DNA of 62,569 nt, the filler included. It is 10 parts of 10 records of this genome, joined end to end, with 100 filler letters (N's around TTAATTAATTAA, not from the genome) between each part and the next. Parts side by side here need not be neighbours in the genome. Positions count along the whole stretch, not along the records: positions 1 to 5,474 come from SRR31147125_292248; positions 5,575 to 11,738 come from SRR31147125_293324; 8 more parts are not named here. The stretch is one strand, 5' to 3'. The notes under the pieces were generated by a model. That model searched no databases and had not been told where the DNA came from. It saw only the letters and a program-made list of their open reading frames with translations. Both the position numbers and the translations under genes were made by a program. Positions 1 to 11,838 of the stretch are shown piece after piece. Positions within the stretch are counted from its first letter, which is position 1, and each line of letters begins with the position of its first letter.

Positions 1-48
1 ACGGGTGTGAGGGATGTAAGAAGAGGAAGAATCTTGTTCTCCATGCCA

Positions 49-1569
49 CTACACCCTTCCCCGGGGGGAGGCGTGATGGTTAGCGCAAAATAGGCTGCCA
101 GGAGACGTTGCAATGCTGAATTCCGTGTCATCAGAAGGGTCAGAAGAAGAACCGTTGGAACGCTCCGATCTTCCTCCCTTCACACCTTCAACATCTTCTC
201 GTTGGTGTCCACGGAGGGCCAATATCTCTGATAAACGTTCTTCACGTTGCGCGTCGAGTTCGGAAGCTTGTCGACGCCCTTCGTCGCGGTGGTTGTAGAG
301 TGCTTCGTCAAAGGCCACCTGAATGGATCCAACCATTATCCATGGGGCATGGCGACACGATCAGATCCCGGGCACCTGCATGCGGAGTGTATCGAGTGCG
401 GGTGTGTCGGAGATGGCCAGGCAACGTTGCACATCTTCAACGAGTTCCTTCTCCTCCACACCCCTGGTCATACGTGCCTTGACAAGCAACGTAGCCAACG
501 TAGGACTCACGTCTGTTGTTGATACGGTTGATACGGTTGATACGGCGTGGGTGTGATGGGGTTTGGTTTCGACTACCTCTCCACATACCCTTCATTCTTC
601 CCACGACTTCACTGGCAATGATTTCAACATGTTTTGCTTCCGCCCCGCCTGTCATCGTCCACCAACAGGGAAGGGAAAGGGAGGGAGATGAACGCCCAAT
701 GAACGGCCAAAAGTGTTTTTCCACTTTCCACTTTCCACCTTCCACGGTACAACACACCCCTAGAGTCCATCTTCTTCCCCGTGAAGTCGTTGTCGTTGCC
801 TTCCCATACACAAGGGAGAGAGAAAGAACCACCCACAGAATGAAATGCCCCAGATCAGTAACAGCACGACGAGTGCCACAGATAAACGATATAAATGCGG
901 AGCCTTGTCGGGCTGAGGTGATCAAGGGAGACGGGAGTGAGTGATCATTCTTTTCGGAGAAACATGGTCGCACGCACACATTCCGGGGAACGTTTGAGCC
1001 ATACACAACCTACAATAGCCCATATGATGTTAAACAGAAGACAAAAGGCGACAAGAAGGTTCTCCCATCCATAGAACCCTGTGTACGTGGACCCATCGTA
1101 GGCAGCACTGTTGAGAACGGAGGAGGATAAGGAACAGGAAGATCTGGGGCCGTTGTACGGAAGGGTACCTTAGGTTTCGCTTTGCGTAGACAACGGTAAG
1201 GACAAACACGTGGAGGAGGCCCAGAATGAGAGCTACCTGTAGGGAGGGGGGCGTAAACCTTCCATAAGCCAACCGTGTGTGCGAACCGAACCAAGACAAA
1301 GTGGTGGAGAGGTGCCTCGCACGCGTTCCATGAGATGGACAGGATGACGGCAGTGGGAAGGACGAGGACAGACACAGCGTAGGCCACACCCCACACGATC
1401 TTCTTGCTAGTGGAAGGGACGGAGTGCGTGAGCGTTCGACGGATGGGAAGCGAAGTTCGTTCCCCTCCGCACACCGTCTGCTTTGTGTCACGCCCACAGT
1501 TCCAACATCCTCATCTCTTTGTGAGGGGTATACGGGCGCGGAGACTGCCGACGCTGACGCCGACGCCAT
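49..1569 (-). CDS. Putative spliced gene, membrane protein of unknown function; exon structure uncertain
   Basis: ATG 1569 (MASASASAVS...). A plausible GT..AG intron joins this to the hydrophobic segments KKIVWGVAYAVSVLVLPTAVILSISW, VALILGLLHVFVLTVVY and HFILWVVLSLSLVYG. A downstream coiled/acidic exon (VAFDEALYNHRDEG...) ends at 49. No family recognised. Confidence 0.35.
518..545. repeat. 9-bp tandem repeat (GTTGATACG)x3, probably intronic
   Basis: Directly visible in the sequence. Confidence 0.7.
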
Positions 1570-1604
1570 ACGCGTACCACAAGGGCCAAGGGCGAATGGT
1601 TTGT

Positions 1605-2812
1605 TTACAGTGCTGTCCCACGTTCCAGATTCTGTTTGATCTCCACTGTATACTTGTCAAAGGCCTGTTCTCTATGGGTGAGGAGGTTCTCTCACGGGTG
1701 CACACCCTACCTTGTTGATCTTTTCATTGAAGACACGATTCTTCTCATTAATCCAACTGATGTCGGCTTCCTCCACGAATTCCTTGTGGCGTTTGCGACG
1801 TCGATCCATGCTGGAGGAGGGTTCGTAGTTACTCCACACAATCCAAGACTCTTAACCATCACCTACTCAGCGTGCATGGACGCCGCCACACGTTCCACGC
1901 CCTTACGATCCCGATGGCCAAATCCACCATAGTTCACAGTATCCGCAGAGGGAAAGAGACGATCATTGGGCATTGCCTAGTGGGGACAGACGTCATCGAG
2001 AGCCGTCGGGGATTCCTTTGGACGACGAACCTTCTTCTGTCCAACATACTCTTGTCGAATCTGATCAACAGGAAGATCCTACAAGAAAGGATGCTGTTGA
2101 GAGCAACAGAGACACATAATCCACCCACCTGTAGTTTCTTCTTGTATTGACGTGTATATGACGACGTGTTGTACGCTACCGACCGTCTACCATCATTCCT
2201 CACATTCCGTGCGCATCTACACCAACGTACTCTCCCATGCAAAGGACTTCTTGTCTTTCTTTCGTTTCTTCTCGTCTTGCTACGGACGAAGACCCCGTCA
2301 CCCCTTCTCCCGTCTCCACACCACCCTCTCCACTCACCCTTCCAGCATATTCAGATGTTGTGTTCACTATTTTGTGATGTCCTGCAGTGTCTCCGGCCTC
2401 TTCGATCTCTCGTGCCCACTTGGCACGTCGTTCCCGTTGTTCCTGTTTCATGGGATCCCTAAGAAGGTATGTCCAAGAGAGTCTCCGCCCGTCCACAGCA
2501 CCTCACGCTCATGTTTCCGCACGTAGTCAGGATCCCTTCGTCTCTTCTCCTCTGCTGCGACAGCCTCCAAGTTCGCCTTCTGTCCATCGTCCTGACCAGC
2601 CGCACCATAACCCTTCTAGATCCTTACACCATTCTACACCCACGTACTATGCGTCGTCGAGCAGCCAACAGACGTTGCCGCACGTCGAGGACGGTACCCT
2701 CCGCGGTTGTATCCTCTGTACCTTCCGCACGGCCCGTAGCACTCCCTGTACCCGTTCCCCATGCCCACTGCTCGCGTGGGGGTGTCCCCTCCTCCTCTTC
2801 ACGGTCGGCCAT
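1605..2812 (-). CDS. SYF2: Pre-mRNA splicing factor SYF2 (multi-exon)
   Basis: Spliced C-terminus EEADISWINEKNRVFNEKINK/AFDKYTVEIKQNLERGTAL* matches the SYF2 signature (..INERN..FN.K..R.Y.KYT.EIKQNLERGTA). An N-terminal exon reads KANLEAVAAEEKRRRDP. Start MADREEEE at 2812 is inferred. Confidence 0.85.
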
Positions 2813-2993
2813 GGGGCAGAAGGACGACAGGGAATGACCACGTCAGTCCCCTTCCCCTTTGGTGTGTTCTATGGGGGGCTACAGAACAGCCTGGGTGGTG
2901 GGAGTGGTGGTGGTGTGGTGTGTGTGTGTGGAGGCAACACGTCTGGATGGATTGTCTATGAAGGTGCGGGGTGTGGGGTTGGTGGTGGTTGAG

Positions 2994-3453
2994 ATGGACA
3001 ACAACCCCGACTCCCCCTTCCCCTTTCCTCCCACACATCAGAGGGAGGAAGAGGAGATGACTTCTAGTGAGGAGACGTCGTGTGCAAGCTACCACAGCTG
3101 CCTTGAGGACTGTCACGCCGACATGGAAGCCAGCCTTCGTCTTACCAGCGGCGTACGCCATAGCACAACACAGCACAAGGCACGGTGTGTCTCTTCTGTA
3201 GGTGACGCATGCCTCTTCCCACTCCCAGCACAACTGCATCGCGAGTTGTATCGCAGCCTGCCCTCCAATTCCGAATCCCCCCTTCATAAGGTGCTTCGCA
3301 AAATGGTGGCTCGAGAGAATCCCGCGGAAAGTTTTCTGCGTCGTGTACGCGAGGCTACGCGCATCCCAAGCCGGTACTACTAGGGGTTGGTTGCAGCGCT
3401 GTACAACCGATTACGAATCATCTTCGTCTCCCATGCCTGTTAGAAGGCCTTGA
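2994..3453 (+). CDS. Small hypothetical spliced gene
   Basis: ATG 2994 (MDNNPDSPFPF...) lies head-to-head with SYF2 in an otherwise gene-free gap. No homology recognised. Confidence 0.3.
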
Positions 3454-5455
3454 AATGTGGAGGCTAAGAACGCTCCTCCAGTCTTGCCAGACGCGTCATC
3501 CTTCTCACTCTTCCACCACGGTTCACTTGGGCTTTTCACGACAGCGGAACCTTCTTCGATCATTGCAAACAAACTGAAGAGGACGAAGAAGAGGAAGAGG
3601 AAGAGGAGGATCGTCAGATGACACATCGTTTGTTAATCTGTACGCACCTTTCATAGGGGTAGATCGAAGACGCGTGCCCGTCGCTCCATGTGATAGCCAC
3701 AGCGTAGTTGCCCATGGGGCGGACATCCGTTGCTACGATCGTCTCCTCCACAGATCCCGGATCAAGAAGTGGAGTACCTACACAACAGAAAGTGTGTAAG
3801 GCCACCAACCGTCTTGCATCCCGTTCGGCAGCACCTGTGAACTCCTCAACACATGAAGCACATCGACACGCACGTCGCACTGCAGCTGGGCGAAGTACAA
3901 CGGATTCGGATCCATCCCTGTGCAAAGAAGATCCGTCACAGCTCACCACCATCTCGACGAACACGACACAACAACCTGCGATCGATGACAAGGCCACGTC
4001 CTTCAACGGGTGCAATGTAGGGTGGAGTTACAGCTCCGTGCTGCAATCGTGCAACTTCACGCACAACAGCACGGGCCATATCCATGTAGATCTAGCGTAC
4101 TGCGAGTGGGTGTACAAACACATTTCCCGTGTGGCGGGGGGTACCTCAGCAAGCGGAGAGTCTGGCATCTCTAGTACCACGGGATGTCCCGCATCGCTGT
4201 GTTGTGAGATGAGGGCGTCGATGGGAACTTCAAATCTGTTCGTTCACAACATGGTGGGTTTGCGGAAACAGCGGAAACACACAGAGAGGATGAATTCTCA
4301 CGCATTCTTCATGCCGAATTGATGAATAATTCGCTCCGCAGCCCCACGTCCAAATGGATAGTGCTTCTTTTGACACCTACACAGCACGAATGGGAACGTG
4401 CTCGCTCGTTGTCGTTACCCACCAACGTACCCATCACACACAAAGTACGACATATTCTCCACGACCGCAACTGTGGGAACTTTGAGTCGGTGGAACATTT
4501 CGATCCCCTGAATGCCCACGTCAAGACAGACCGATCGCTGCAGTGATCGGTTGGTTACCTTTACAACATCCACGAAAGCCTGTGATCCGAATTCCACTGT
4601 TAAAGCACACACCCAACGCGGTTCCACTAGGACACGTACCAAATTCTGAGGAGTGGTGACAATAACAGCCGCCGTGAGAGAGACAAGTTGGCAAAGGGTC
4701 AGCTGTGTATCTCCTGTACCCGGAGGGAAGTCAATCACTAAATAGTCCAACGGACCCCAGTCGGTGGTGGTCAGAAGCTGGACATTCCTGTGTCGTGAGT
4801 GAACATGACACACATTGATCACTCCTACCTGGGTTAACAGATTGGATACCATGGGACCCCGCATAATCGCAGGGGCGTGGCTGTCGTTGTGTGCTAAATA
4901 AAGTACAAGGTTGAACCACGCACCGCTTCGCTCCTCCCTCATCCATACTGACCTTGTACATGTCCATATGACATTAGTTTCACTCCTTCGTGTTCATGTG
5001 GTGCGATCAGGGCTCCGTGGCTGGTAAGCTGTCTCGAATCACGAATCATTAGGAATCCTTCTCAACCTTCTCAAGAACAGAGGGCCGTACCGTGGAATCG
5101 TTCACATGGACAAGAGTGGGAAGAGAGGGACCATAGATATCCGCGTCAAATAACCCCACAGAACCTCCTGGGGAACACGTGAACACAGATAGGGAAACAA
5201 ACCATACACACAAAACCCTATCCTACCTAGTTCTGCAAGAGCGTAGGCAAGATTTACTGCGCATGTCGATTTACCTACACCTCCTTTGCCTAATGATGGA
5301 AGGGTTGGCAAAGAATTCCCAGAATCCCAAAGAACCCAAAGAAGACACAACGCAACAACTTGCCACGGCAATGATATTCGCCACAGAATCAAGACCCGGA
5401 CCATGACCTGTACGTGCTTGCGGGGTTCGTGCCGAGAGTGTGACGTTCACCGCTA
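3411..5455 (-). CDS. HCF101: HCF101-like Fe-S cluster scaffold (Mrp/NBP35 P-loop NTPase plus C-terminal DUF971/GBBH-like domain); 5' truncated, many introns
   Basis: Exons [18 protein letters not shown] (deviant Walker A), [42 protein letters not shown] and [11 protein letters not shown] are followed by DUF971 motifs [15 protein letters not shown] and [25 protein letters not shown]. Confidence 0.85.
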
Positions 5456-5474
5456 TCATTGGTGTGTGTGTGTG

Positions 5475-5574
5475 NNNNNNNNNNNNNNNNNNNNNNNNNN
5501 NNNNNNNNNNNNNNNNNNTTAATTAATTAANNNNNNNNNNNNNNNNNNNNNNNNNNNNNNNNNNNNNNNNNNNN
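5475..5574. other. Artificial contig linker N44-TTAATTAATTAA-N44. Identical linkers at 11739-11838, 18650-18749, 24702-24801, 31803-31902, 40396-40495, 45854-45953, 50974-51073 and 56436-56535.
   Basis: Nine identical 100-bp spacers with stops in all six frames. Genes are cut at them. Confidence 0.98.
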
Positions 5575-7941
5575 GGGGGGATTGGGTCTCACGGGTCAAT
5601 CGATTAGCATGCGCATGGGGCAACAAGCTCACCTCAGGATTCGTGGTGGAACCTCGTCAACGCCAAGTCGTGGTGAACGGTACACCAGGCACACTCCAGT
5701 TCTACGATGCAATGCGCGACTGGTTTGGAACTCCGATGCACACACACACGCCTAACTAAACATCACCCTCAGTCACGTCGCCGATCTGGAAATCGCTCCG
5801 CACAATGTTGTCTCCCGTAGTGACAAAGCACCAATTATTCCTGTGCGGATCGAGCATGTTTCCTTTAGCCCCGACGGGAAGTGGATGGCCACCGTGCGTT
5901 GTTCTTCTTCTCCTCTTCTTCATATTGCTTGCTAACACAGGAACTAGGTGGACCAACGGAGCGATAGGGAGATAACAGAATCTCTGTCGCTCAAATTCTG
6001 GAGTTTCGATACAGAACTTGGCCGGTAGGGAAAGGAAGAGGCACTTTAAGGGTCTCGTATTGACTTCTGCTAGATTTACACTCAACACGGTCATGGATAC
6101 ACCCCATAAGGTGAAACTCTCCTCCGTGGCCTTCCATCCCAATGCAGTACGTGCATGTACACTTCCTTCCTCTCTCTTATCAGCCTTCCCCTCCCAAGCG
6201 GCTCATGGTGTCAACGTCTATGGATGGCACGTTCAAGATGTGGGGAGTGGTGACAAGTCAGCCACAGGAAATGCGAAGCCGTGAACGTGCGGAGAAGGGA
6301 ACTAATGGGTTACTCATGCTCCTTTGTGCAGGTGCTGCCGTATCGACCTGGAGTTGTTCCTCTGCGGGATACTATCGCGACATGCCCGCCCGCTGTGCCG
6401 CCTTCTCCACGGATGGATCTCTCTTGGCCGTGGCCATTGGTCATGTGCGTTGTGCTTTCTGATGACGAGGGAGTATTGTGTGTGATTCTCTTGATATGCC
6501 AGGTTGTTACCTTGTGGGATCCATCTTCCACTATTCTCTTGCGTACACTCTGCTATTCGCCTCCATCAGAGCACATAAGGTTTGTTTTGTTCCTGTCCCC
6601 AGGACACGTGCTGTTGTCTCACCCCCTGCCTTGGTAGCTTTGTGGCTTTCGTCTCAAAGTTTCCTCTTCTTGTAGCCCACTCATCCACACGTGTGTTTGT
6701 CTGGGACCTTCTTACGTGCACCATACGATTCTGTCATTCTCTTTCTGTGCGCACTCTGGCCGTGGATCCCGGAAGACCTCGATTCACCGTAGCAGTCGTA
6801 CGGCATCGTACCATGGGTGGAGAAGAAGAAGAAGAAGAAGGAGGAGGTGTGTTTGGAAGCATCCCTCGTGAAAGAAACTGTGTCTGATCTCGATACTCCA
6901 AAGCAGAAAATGGCTCGGAGACAGCACTCTTGGGGGATGCGCTCGTGCAGGTGTGTGTGTGGGGGTGTGCTGCCTGCCCCCGCTTCTTGTTTCTAAGGGT
7001 GTGTGCGAAGATCGATTGTACCACAGCACGTCCTACAGATGTCGTGCATTTGAATCGCAACCAGATGGTGGAGGGCCTTGCCTACATTCGGTACGTCAAC
7101 AGTCACGTAGAAAAGAATGGTGATGGAGTACCGTCTCCAGGGCACCTCAACAAGAAGGTCCTTGTCACCTCTTGTTAACCACATCGCGTCGAGACGTTCT
7201 CTTATTGGAAGAAACCGGGGCCGTAGTCCCTGAGGACGACACTGTCCCTCCTCCAGACGAGGGTGTTTCAGCGACTTCAACCTTTGAAAAGGTTCGCGTC
7301 TCCCATTCCTCCACCGTGGTACACATCCAATTCATCTCCCTCCCAGGCGTTTGGTTCTGTGATGATGGAACCCACGGAATCGCATGACCAGAAGCGACTT
7401 CAGCCTACAAATCCCTCTGTTTCTTCTCGATTGCCTTCGATGTTGAATACACCCGCACACGTCCTTCCTCCACTTTCCACCCTTTTCGGTACGGAAGGAA
7501 TGGTTAGTAGGGGAGGCGGAGGATGGCTTACACTCTCATTCAGGAACATTTGTTGGGGCCTACTTGGAGAGGAAGGTGCTCGAAGAGGGATCCACATCAC
7601 CAGCCGACAAGGAACCAATGGACATGGGGACGGGAGAGAACGAGGGGGGTACGGGAGTCTTCGAGGGTCGGATGGACGGGATGGGTGACCGGATGGAGCA
7701 AGAAACGGAAGAAGGCGTTGTCGAGGAAGACGTCACCACCTCATTAGATCCCTCTCTGATCACGTTCTTCCACGATGAATTCATCAACAAACACATTGCT
7801 TCTCTGTCTGTTGCGGGTGAGTAGGTGGTTTGCGCGTTCGTTGTGATACAATAACCTTCTCGTCGTGCAGAGAGACCGCAGAGCCCCACGAAATCCACGA
7901 AATCCCTTCGATCCTCCCCAAGAAAGAAGCCACGTGGTTAA
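5575..7941 (+). CDS. WDR75: WD-repeat protein WDR75/UTP17 (SSU processome t-UTP); 5' truncated, multi-exon
   Basis: Exons VVNGTPGTLQFYD, VSFSPDGKWMATV, LKFW, FTLNTVMDTPH, VSTSMDGTFKMW, WSCSSAGYY..AAFSTDGSLLAVA..VVTLWDP and the C-terminal TPAHVLPPLSTLF. Basic tail SPRKKPRG* at 7939-7941. Confidence 0.75.
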
Positions 7942-8136
7942 AAGAGAAAATGTGCATTCTCATCAGAACCGAGGTGATCTCTCTCCCCATCTTCCTTTCT
8001 CTTTCCTCCTTTTTCCTCTGTCAGCTACGGATTGCACCTTTCTACTGCAGTATTCTATTCTCCTGTCGTCACTATAGAGCCTCCCACAAAGGTCCCGCGC
8101 CTGGTGTCCTACACACCATCTCCCTCCAGTCCTTCC

Positions 8137-11100
8137 ATGAGTGACGATGATCCCGATGCGTCGGTCCCTGACCCCAAGGTGAGAGCGTGTGAGACACTCC
8201 GCCTGTTGTTCCGAGACGGCATCCCAGGAAACCCAACAGGACCGTGAAGCAGAGTGTCACGCACGGCTAGTCCGCGTCCTCGAGGCCGAGGAAGAGGAGG
8301 ACGGTGAGACGAACGCACAACACCCATCCCCCCTCTCCACACTCACACACCCACACAGCGGTGGCAGAAATGGGTACTAAGGAAGAAGAGGAAGACACGG
8401 ACGTTGTAGCCGAGTGTCCACCGCTGATTTTGCGTGCAGCGGAGGTACGTCCGATCAATCTCATCTCTCCTCTTGAATGGCTGTGATCTTATGGTTGCAG
8501 ACCAGAACAGAACGGCTATCACGCATTCAGGAGGCAGATGCAATGCTTTTAGAGACACAGCTTAAGGAGGTGGCTGCCTCGGATCGTTGTTCCTTGTCTC
8601 ACTCCCTCCCTCCGCTAAGGTTGATCGACTTCGATCAGAGCTCTCACGAGCCGAGGAATCTCTCCACGAGGTAGATCACATCTCACTCCCACCTGCGCCA
8701 GACTTCTTACTCGGCGGATGTAGGCGGCCCGTCGATTGCATGAACGTGATGCCCAGGCGGATGTTGATACACTTCTTCCTCACGTCCCCACGCCTCTAGG
8801 GGCTAAATGTGATTATACCTCGTCCAAGGTGCACTGGGATCCTCTTTTCCTTTGCATGTCCTTACTCTCCCTTTTTGCAGATGTCATCGAATCAAATTGA
8901 AGAGCGTGGTACGTGTGTGCGTGCTGTTCATGCACTCCAGAATATCAATTCGACTAGGAGAGACATGGATTATGGAACGCGCACGATACATCCCTTTGCG
9001 TCTCACGCTTGTGGAGCGGAAGATGCTTCGCCTCGTTCAAGGGGCACTGGTAAGGATGAAAGGGATGAAAGGGATGAAAGGGATGAAATGAACTGATGAA
9101 TTTCTCGTACTAGAACGTCTCCGAGTATGTAGACAAGGTCCGTACACGTGTCACGCTTGTCTTTCTTGTTCATCAGCAGTTCTCCCTTTTTCTTCAGATC
9201 GATATCATCTCGTATCACACGAACAAGGCAAAACGAATCGTCGCACAAGTGAAAGAGGTGAGCAGATCACGGACACATGGCTTATGTATTATGGTCACTG
9301 TCTTTCCGTTTCCCAGGTGTGTGCTATTCTCTCCGGTCTTCTTGTGGCAGCGAACTACAGGGAAGGGCAAGCATTAATCAAAGATCGTGAGTTCAAGCAC
9401 AACGAGGTAGGCAATCAGTATCCTCCTCCTCCTCCTCACCGCGCTTTCTAGCACTTCTTTCAGCGTCTGTTTGAGGTAGCACGACGCCACAAGATCATGT
9501 GTCCTGAAAAGGTACGAAGAGGGCAAGGGGGAGGGGAAAGGAACAGAGATGTAACTCGATCCAGATGCGATCCGAGTATGGATCCCTGGTATACATGCTA
9601 CAAGGTGAGTAAATGACGTATGAACCAAACCGCCGTCCACTGATGGGCGTCTCATTCAGATACAACGATTCCAGAGATCGAAGACATGCTTCAGTTCAAA
9701 TGTGTTCTACCAGTACAAACTGCCTTCGATTTCCTAGAGAAGCGCGGGGGATTGAACGTTCTTCGTGATCCCAACGTCATTGTAGCAACGCATGAGATCT
9801 TTGCGGATGGGAAATCACGTGCTGAAGTCCAACGGGAGATTCGAGAGAAGGAGAGGGCGCAAGAGTTTCTCGCTCGCAAGTACAGCAGGTGCGGGTAGTA
9901 TGGGGGGGTGGAGGTGGAGGTGTTTCTCAATCTACAGCAGCTCGGTGTTGTCAAATGAGGACATCAAGTTGTGTCTCTACTCTATTTCAGGTTTGATGGG
10001 ACCCGGAACCGTAGAAATCCGGTGTTCACTGTGTGTCTTACAGACAATCATGCCTTCTTGCGCATGGCACGCGATCCGTGTGATCGCATGATTCAGTATC
10101 TGACAACATTTTTTGACTCTGACCGTGTAAGCGCCTGCACCGAGAACGTGTCCTGTCCCATCACTGATACGCTATCTATAGCCCGAGGATGGCTATTCCC
10201 TGGCAATCCAGGCAGGGTATAGCGGCGCCCGGCTCACCCATCATCATCAGAGACAATTCTTCTATGTTCTACAGTCCCTCACACTCTGGCGTGAAGTCAC
10301 TCACGAATTCTTCAAACTGTAGGCCTTGGAAGTGTAGGCAGCTGCCGTCTCCTCTGATTCACTCTGTAGATGGTGCCTTGCTGAGCAAGATCTTCTTGAT
10401 GAACGAAATGTGTATCGCCTGCGAGATACAGTGTGTTGAGGTGTGGCTCGTGTGGGCCTGGACTCACACACGGTTTCCCACGCAGGGGCAAGGACTCAAT
10501 CGATTACAGTCTGCACCTCGTGTGGGAAATGCGATGCGCTCCATTCTAGCCAATGTCCAGCAGCGGGTGTGGTTCTTCTTTGTCTCCTTGTGGTCGATAA
10601 CTCCCCAGTTAGGTTGGATCGTGGGTTGGCAGCTCCGTTATCCATCTTGGAGACCACAACGTGTACGTGTGTGTGGTGTGTACATGTGTGCGCTCGTTTC
10701 TCACCGCCTTGGCCAGGCCCAACGCACTTATGTTCATCGACAAGTACATTCAGGTTCGTTCACACTACGATAGCAGGCATGAGTGGGCTGCTGACATATG
10801 CCTCAGGTTCCCCGAATCCTAGGTCCCATCGTCAACACGTTACACCAGCTGGATACCGTGTATCAGAAGCCAGGGATTCGTTCGTATATCGACGGGCAAT
10901 TCAAAGGCCTCACTCAACTCAAAAAGGTGGCGAGATATCTCTCCTCTGTTTCATTGCGCACTAACACTGCAGCCTGTAGGAAATCCTGGCTGACTTCTTC
11001 CGTCATGCATTTGATGGAAGTGGCGCAGACAATTTCTTTGATGCCGGGTCTTGTATAGACGGTCGACTCACGAGTGCATGGAACTGGTGCCAACGAATTG

Positions 11101-11165
11101 AGAAGAAACAATTCTTCCCGGCCTTTTTGCTTACAGGGTTTATTGGCTTCGATGGTGGGTTCTAG
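8137..11165 (+). CDS. DUF2009 / UPF0652 family protein (intron-rich)
   Basis: Spliced motifs [90 protein letters not shown] and FDGSGADNFFDAGSCIDGRLTSAWNWC...GFIGFDGGF*. The 5' exons are less certain. Confidence 0.85.
9053..9088. repeat. Intronic 9-bp tandem repeat (AGGGATGAA)x~4
   Basis: Visible inside a GTAAGG...TAG intron of the DUF2009 gene. Confidence 0.7.
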
Positions 11166-11185
11166 GCAGTAAATGGATACAATAT

Positions 11186-11695
11186 TCACAAACGACTTTG
11201 ATGCTGCTCTCTGACTTCATCTGCAACGAGCTTAGTGGAAGGAACCACGTGACACCCCTGTGGAGCCAACATACCAACGAAACGGAAGAAACGTTGCGCC
11301 CGTGGCCATGCAGTACTCTCGGGTGGATCTGGTTCCGGGACCGTGCCACGCAAAGACCAGAGGTCTTCCAAGGCCGCATCTGTCGCCTCGTACTGTTGCA
11401 AGATCGACGTATCTAATGGGAAAAAACCCCGCAAAGTTGGTGTCCGAAGGCAGGAATCCTCCGCACCGTTGGATTGTGCATAGTCCACCAGCGGTCGCAA
11501 GAGATTGGATGGAATTGTGAAATTGAGCGAAGGAATCTATTCCAGGACGAGACTCAACACATCACACCACTCGTTCATCTCACGCACAATACGTCCACCA
11601 GAGTGGCGTGCATTACTTGTTACCATGCCAAGAAGCTGTCCATGCTCATCAAGGAGCATACCTCCACTGTTCCCATGGTGTACGCGCGCACTGGT
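11186..11695 (-). CDS. TYSND1: 3' end of peroxisomal trypsin-like protease TYSND1/DEG15 with PTS1 (-SRL)
   Basis: TSARVHHGNSGGMLLDEHGQLLGMVTSNARH carries the catalytic Ser motif GxSGG. It is followed by LNFTIPSNLLRPL..Y and LEDLWSL, and the C-terminus is QHQSRL*. The layout matches the TYSND1/DEG15 C-terminus. Confidence 0.8.
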
Positions 11696-11838
11696 CTAAC
11701 CTCCTATCGTGGGCACACACACACACACACACACACACNNNNNNNNNNNNNNNNNNNNNNNNNNNNNNNNNNNNNNNNNNNNTTAATTAATTAANNNNNN
11801 NNNNNNNNNNNNNNNNNNNNNNNNNNNNNNNNNNNNNN

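Noticed and set aside
5475-5574. Recurrent TTAATTAATTAA motif as a biological repeat or CRISPR-like array
   Set aside because: It is always centred in N runs of identical length, so it is an artificial linker.
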